This document shows positions 61,622-64,000 of a stretch of DNA of 64,000 bases, piece after piece. The stretch is from Cystobasidiomycetes sp. EMM_F5 (Eukaryota): positions 248,001-312,000 of the forward strand of contig JBPGPT010000001.1 of the NCBI GenBank assembly GCA_051047955.1, written 5' to 3'. The notes under the pieces are model-generated. The model made no database searches and was not told where the DNA came from. It saw only the letters and a list, made by a program, of their open reading frames with translations. The translations under genes and the position numbers were made by a program. Position 1 is the first letter of the stretch; each line of letters starts with the position of its first letter.

Positions 61622-63385
61622 TCACACCCGCCATGTTCCCATGCGCTTGCGGAATAGCAGATTACTGGTGGTGATGAGAACAGACGCGATTGTCAAGAAT
61701 GCACCGGCGATGAGAGCCGCTGATGTTCGACCGCGCGTGAAGGTCGCCATCAGCGGGGAATTCGTCTACAGACGTCTGAAGCGCTGTACTTACCTTGCCA
61801 GTACTGTCCGGTCGCTGCCACAACGGCTCCCAACGCAGGCTGACCACTGATCGCTCCAAGCGCATTTACAAGGAACGCCATACCTATATGCGTTCCTATC
61901 CTCGACGGGTGATCGCTCAGGTTTGCAGCTACGACGGGCGTGAGCGTGACGTAAGACTAGTTTTGAAAAGATATATATATACGTATTAGCATGCAGCTTT
62001 CCATAAGTGACCTGATGTGGCTCACTCCATAAACAATCCCATACACTCCTGCATAGGCAGCGATGCCAGCCCAATTGTGCAGAGCGGGAAATACCCAAGC
62101 CAGAAGCTAAATTGAAGCGGTGAGCACGGGTTGAGAGGACGTCATCAGGGTCAACGTACACATGCACTGAAAACTGAAGCCACGACTACGTTGTGGCAGC
62201 CGACCCAGTCAGCCACTATTGGTGGGACACTATTGTTATGAATCAGCCATTATAGCCTAACAATAAAATCCCGTCCCAGAACACTCACACACGGCCAATC
62301 ATGCTCACACCGTTGAAGATTGCTATTGACCAAAATGCAGTGTCCTTATCGACGCCCTTGTATCGAGCGAACGATTGAATGTAGAAGACGGGATAGAATA
62401 TGCCCAGCACAGTAGCCATGTAGGCAAAGACTGTGCAGGTATAGGAAGGAGAGCGGAAGACGGAGAAGTCTAAGAGGGGTCGATGGTTCGGAGGAAGTTT
62501 CTTTTGCTTCATCACCAGCCAAGCCAGTCCTTGGAAGACAAAGCAGAGAAAGCCGGATGTGCGCAATGCCCAATCCAGACCAATCTTGGGATTGTTGATC
62601 ATTTTAGAAAGATATATAGGTATAACAAGACCAGATACAGCCGAACCGGATGACAGCAGGGCATTTGCCAAACCTCTTTTCTTCTTGTAATAGCTTGTCA
62701 CGCAGGCTACAGATGGAGTGAAGCTACTGCCCAGGCCGACACCAAGAACAACGCCTTGGGACAGGATGTAATGCCAGTATTCGGTGGACAACGATGCCAT
62801 CATGAACCCGAAAGTTGTGCAGATGCAGCTACAGCCCAAACTGCGCGGGTATACGGAACTCAGCTTGGCAAAATCAGTACTGACTTTCCTGCTACTCACA
62901 TTGTCCTCATCCAGCCAGAATCGTATAGACGTCCTGTAAACACACTCGATGAATACACCATGAAAAGCTGAATGGATCCAATCCATGCGATCTGACTAGC
63001 CGTGTGGGAAGACAGTCGCGACTCGACATAGTGACTTTGGAAGACGCTCCAGGATCCGACGAAGCCCCAGGTACAAAAGCTGATGCGATACCAGAAAGTC
63101 ATCAAGACCCATTCGGCACGTCAGGTATACGTCGACGTACTAGACTGCCCATGCACCCAGAATCGCCCTCACTCCAAGTGCTCCTCCTTCCGGATCGTCT
63201 ACCAATGTCTTTGCGGCATCTTCAGAAGATTTTTCGCTGAACTGAGCAGCGTTTCCTTTTGTACTGGTCCCAGCTTCCTCGTTCATAATGTCTTTGGCAT
63301 CAACTCCGATGCCGCAGGTGGCAAGGACTCCTTCGTTAGCGGGCACAGAGGCTGCTGTGCGTGCAACTCCATGATTGCGACTCAT
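61622..63385 (-). CDS. MFS monocarboxylate-transporter-like permease (MCH family)
   Basis: PEGG..G, FCTWG...SVFQSHY, IAWIGSIQ, GRLYD.G, YYKKKRGLA. Confidence 0.9.
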
Positions 63386-63558
63386 CAGGACATTGTTTTT
63401 AGTTAGTTAGTTGAAAGGGAAGCACATCGCATTGAAGGCCTCCTTGATATATTAGCCGTGCCGAAAGTAAAGAAGTTGCCGGTTTCTGCGACAGATGTTT
63501 GGAAATTTCCAACATTCAACGGATCGCTCCTCAGTTTGATCCTGCAAGACCTCATGCC

Positions 63559-64000
63559 ATGTCTTCAGCATTATCGCAACCGACGTTTGCGCAGTCCTTG
63601 ATTGTGCGCGACCTCCCATCTATCTAGCCACTGTGCACGTCATGAACCGAATGTCGCACCGAGAGGCTCACACAGATAGACTCGTACTTTGACCAGGCAG
63701 GCGGAATCGCTGGGACAAGTGTCGATGTGGCTCTTTTCCCTCTGGATACCTTGAAGACTCGGCTTCAGTCTGCAGATGGCTTCTTGAAAGCTGGCGGTTT
63801 CAACGGCGTATACAGGGGATTAGGGAGCGTAACAGTAGGATCAGCGCCCGGAGGTATGTCAGCGTACGGGTCCTTCCGTGGGTTCGTCCCCATCTAATGT
63901 GACCGGCTTGCCATGTCTAGCGGCATTTTTCTTCACCGTATATGAGCAACTCAAGATTGCTTTGCCGCGAGCATTTCCTGCTCTTCGAAGTCCCGATGCC
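63559..64000 (+). CDS. PET8: Mitochondrial S-adenosylmethionine carrier (5' part)
   Basis: [40 protein letters not shown]...GSAPGAA.FF..YE. Confidence 0.9.

Noticed and set aside
61969..61981. Short (AT)n run
   Set aside because: Trivial intronic microsatellite.
1..64000. Telomerase RNA gene near TERT/TPP1
   Set aside because: No 1.5-repeat TTAGGG template (CTAACCCTAA or its complement) was found by eye. CTAACCCT at 5949 looks like an intron branch site and TAACCCCCT at 52818 is isolated. The species' telomere repeat is unknown, so this is not fully excluded.
1..64000. CRISPR arrays, rRNA/tRNA genes, mating-type genes, prokaryotic islands
   Set aside because: None recognised; the window is accounted for by intron-containing fungal genes and short intergenic gaps.

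Overview
Gene-dense, intron-rich fungal chromosome segment. Short GT/GC-AG introns with CTRAC branch sites and the gene set point to a basidiomycete (inference). About 32 spliced protein-coding genes were reconstructed by hand; boundaries are approximate where stated. They include an intact telomerase reverse transcriptase and a probable shelterin TPP1/Est3 gene about 10 kb away, plus SEC61, ERO1, YAK1, DPL1, TGT, ARG3, CLIP-170, WDR6/RTT10, RPS23, eIF3c and ATP5. No rRNA, tRNA, CRISPR array or transposon was recognised. Most notable: (1) TERT-TPP1 linkage; (2) the long introns examined (ATP5, permease, RPS23, SEC61) contain nested inverted repeats that could fold most of the intron into a hairpin; (3) unusual splicing (4-9 nt microexons, an intron-split AT|G start codon, several GC-AG introns); (4) small secreted Cys-rich proteins that the ORF track does not show intact.
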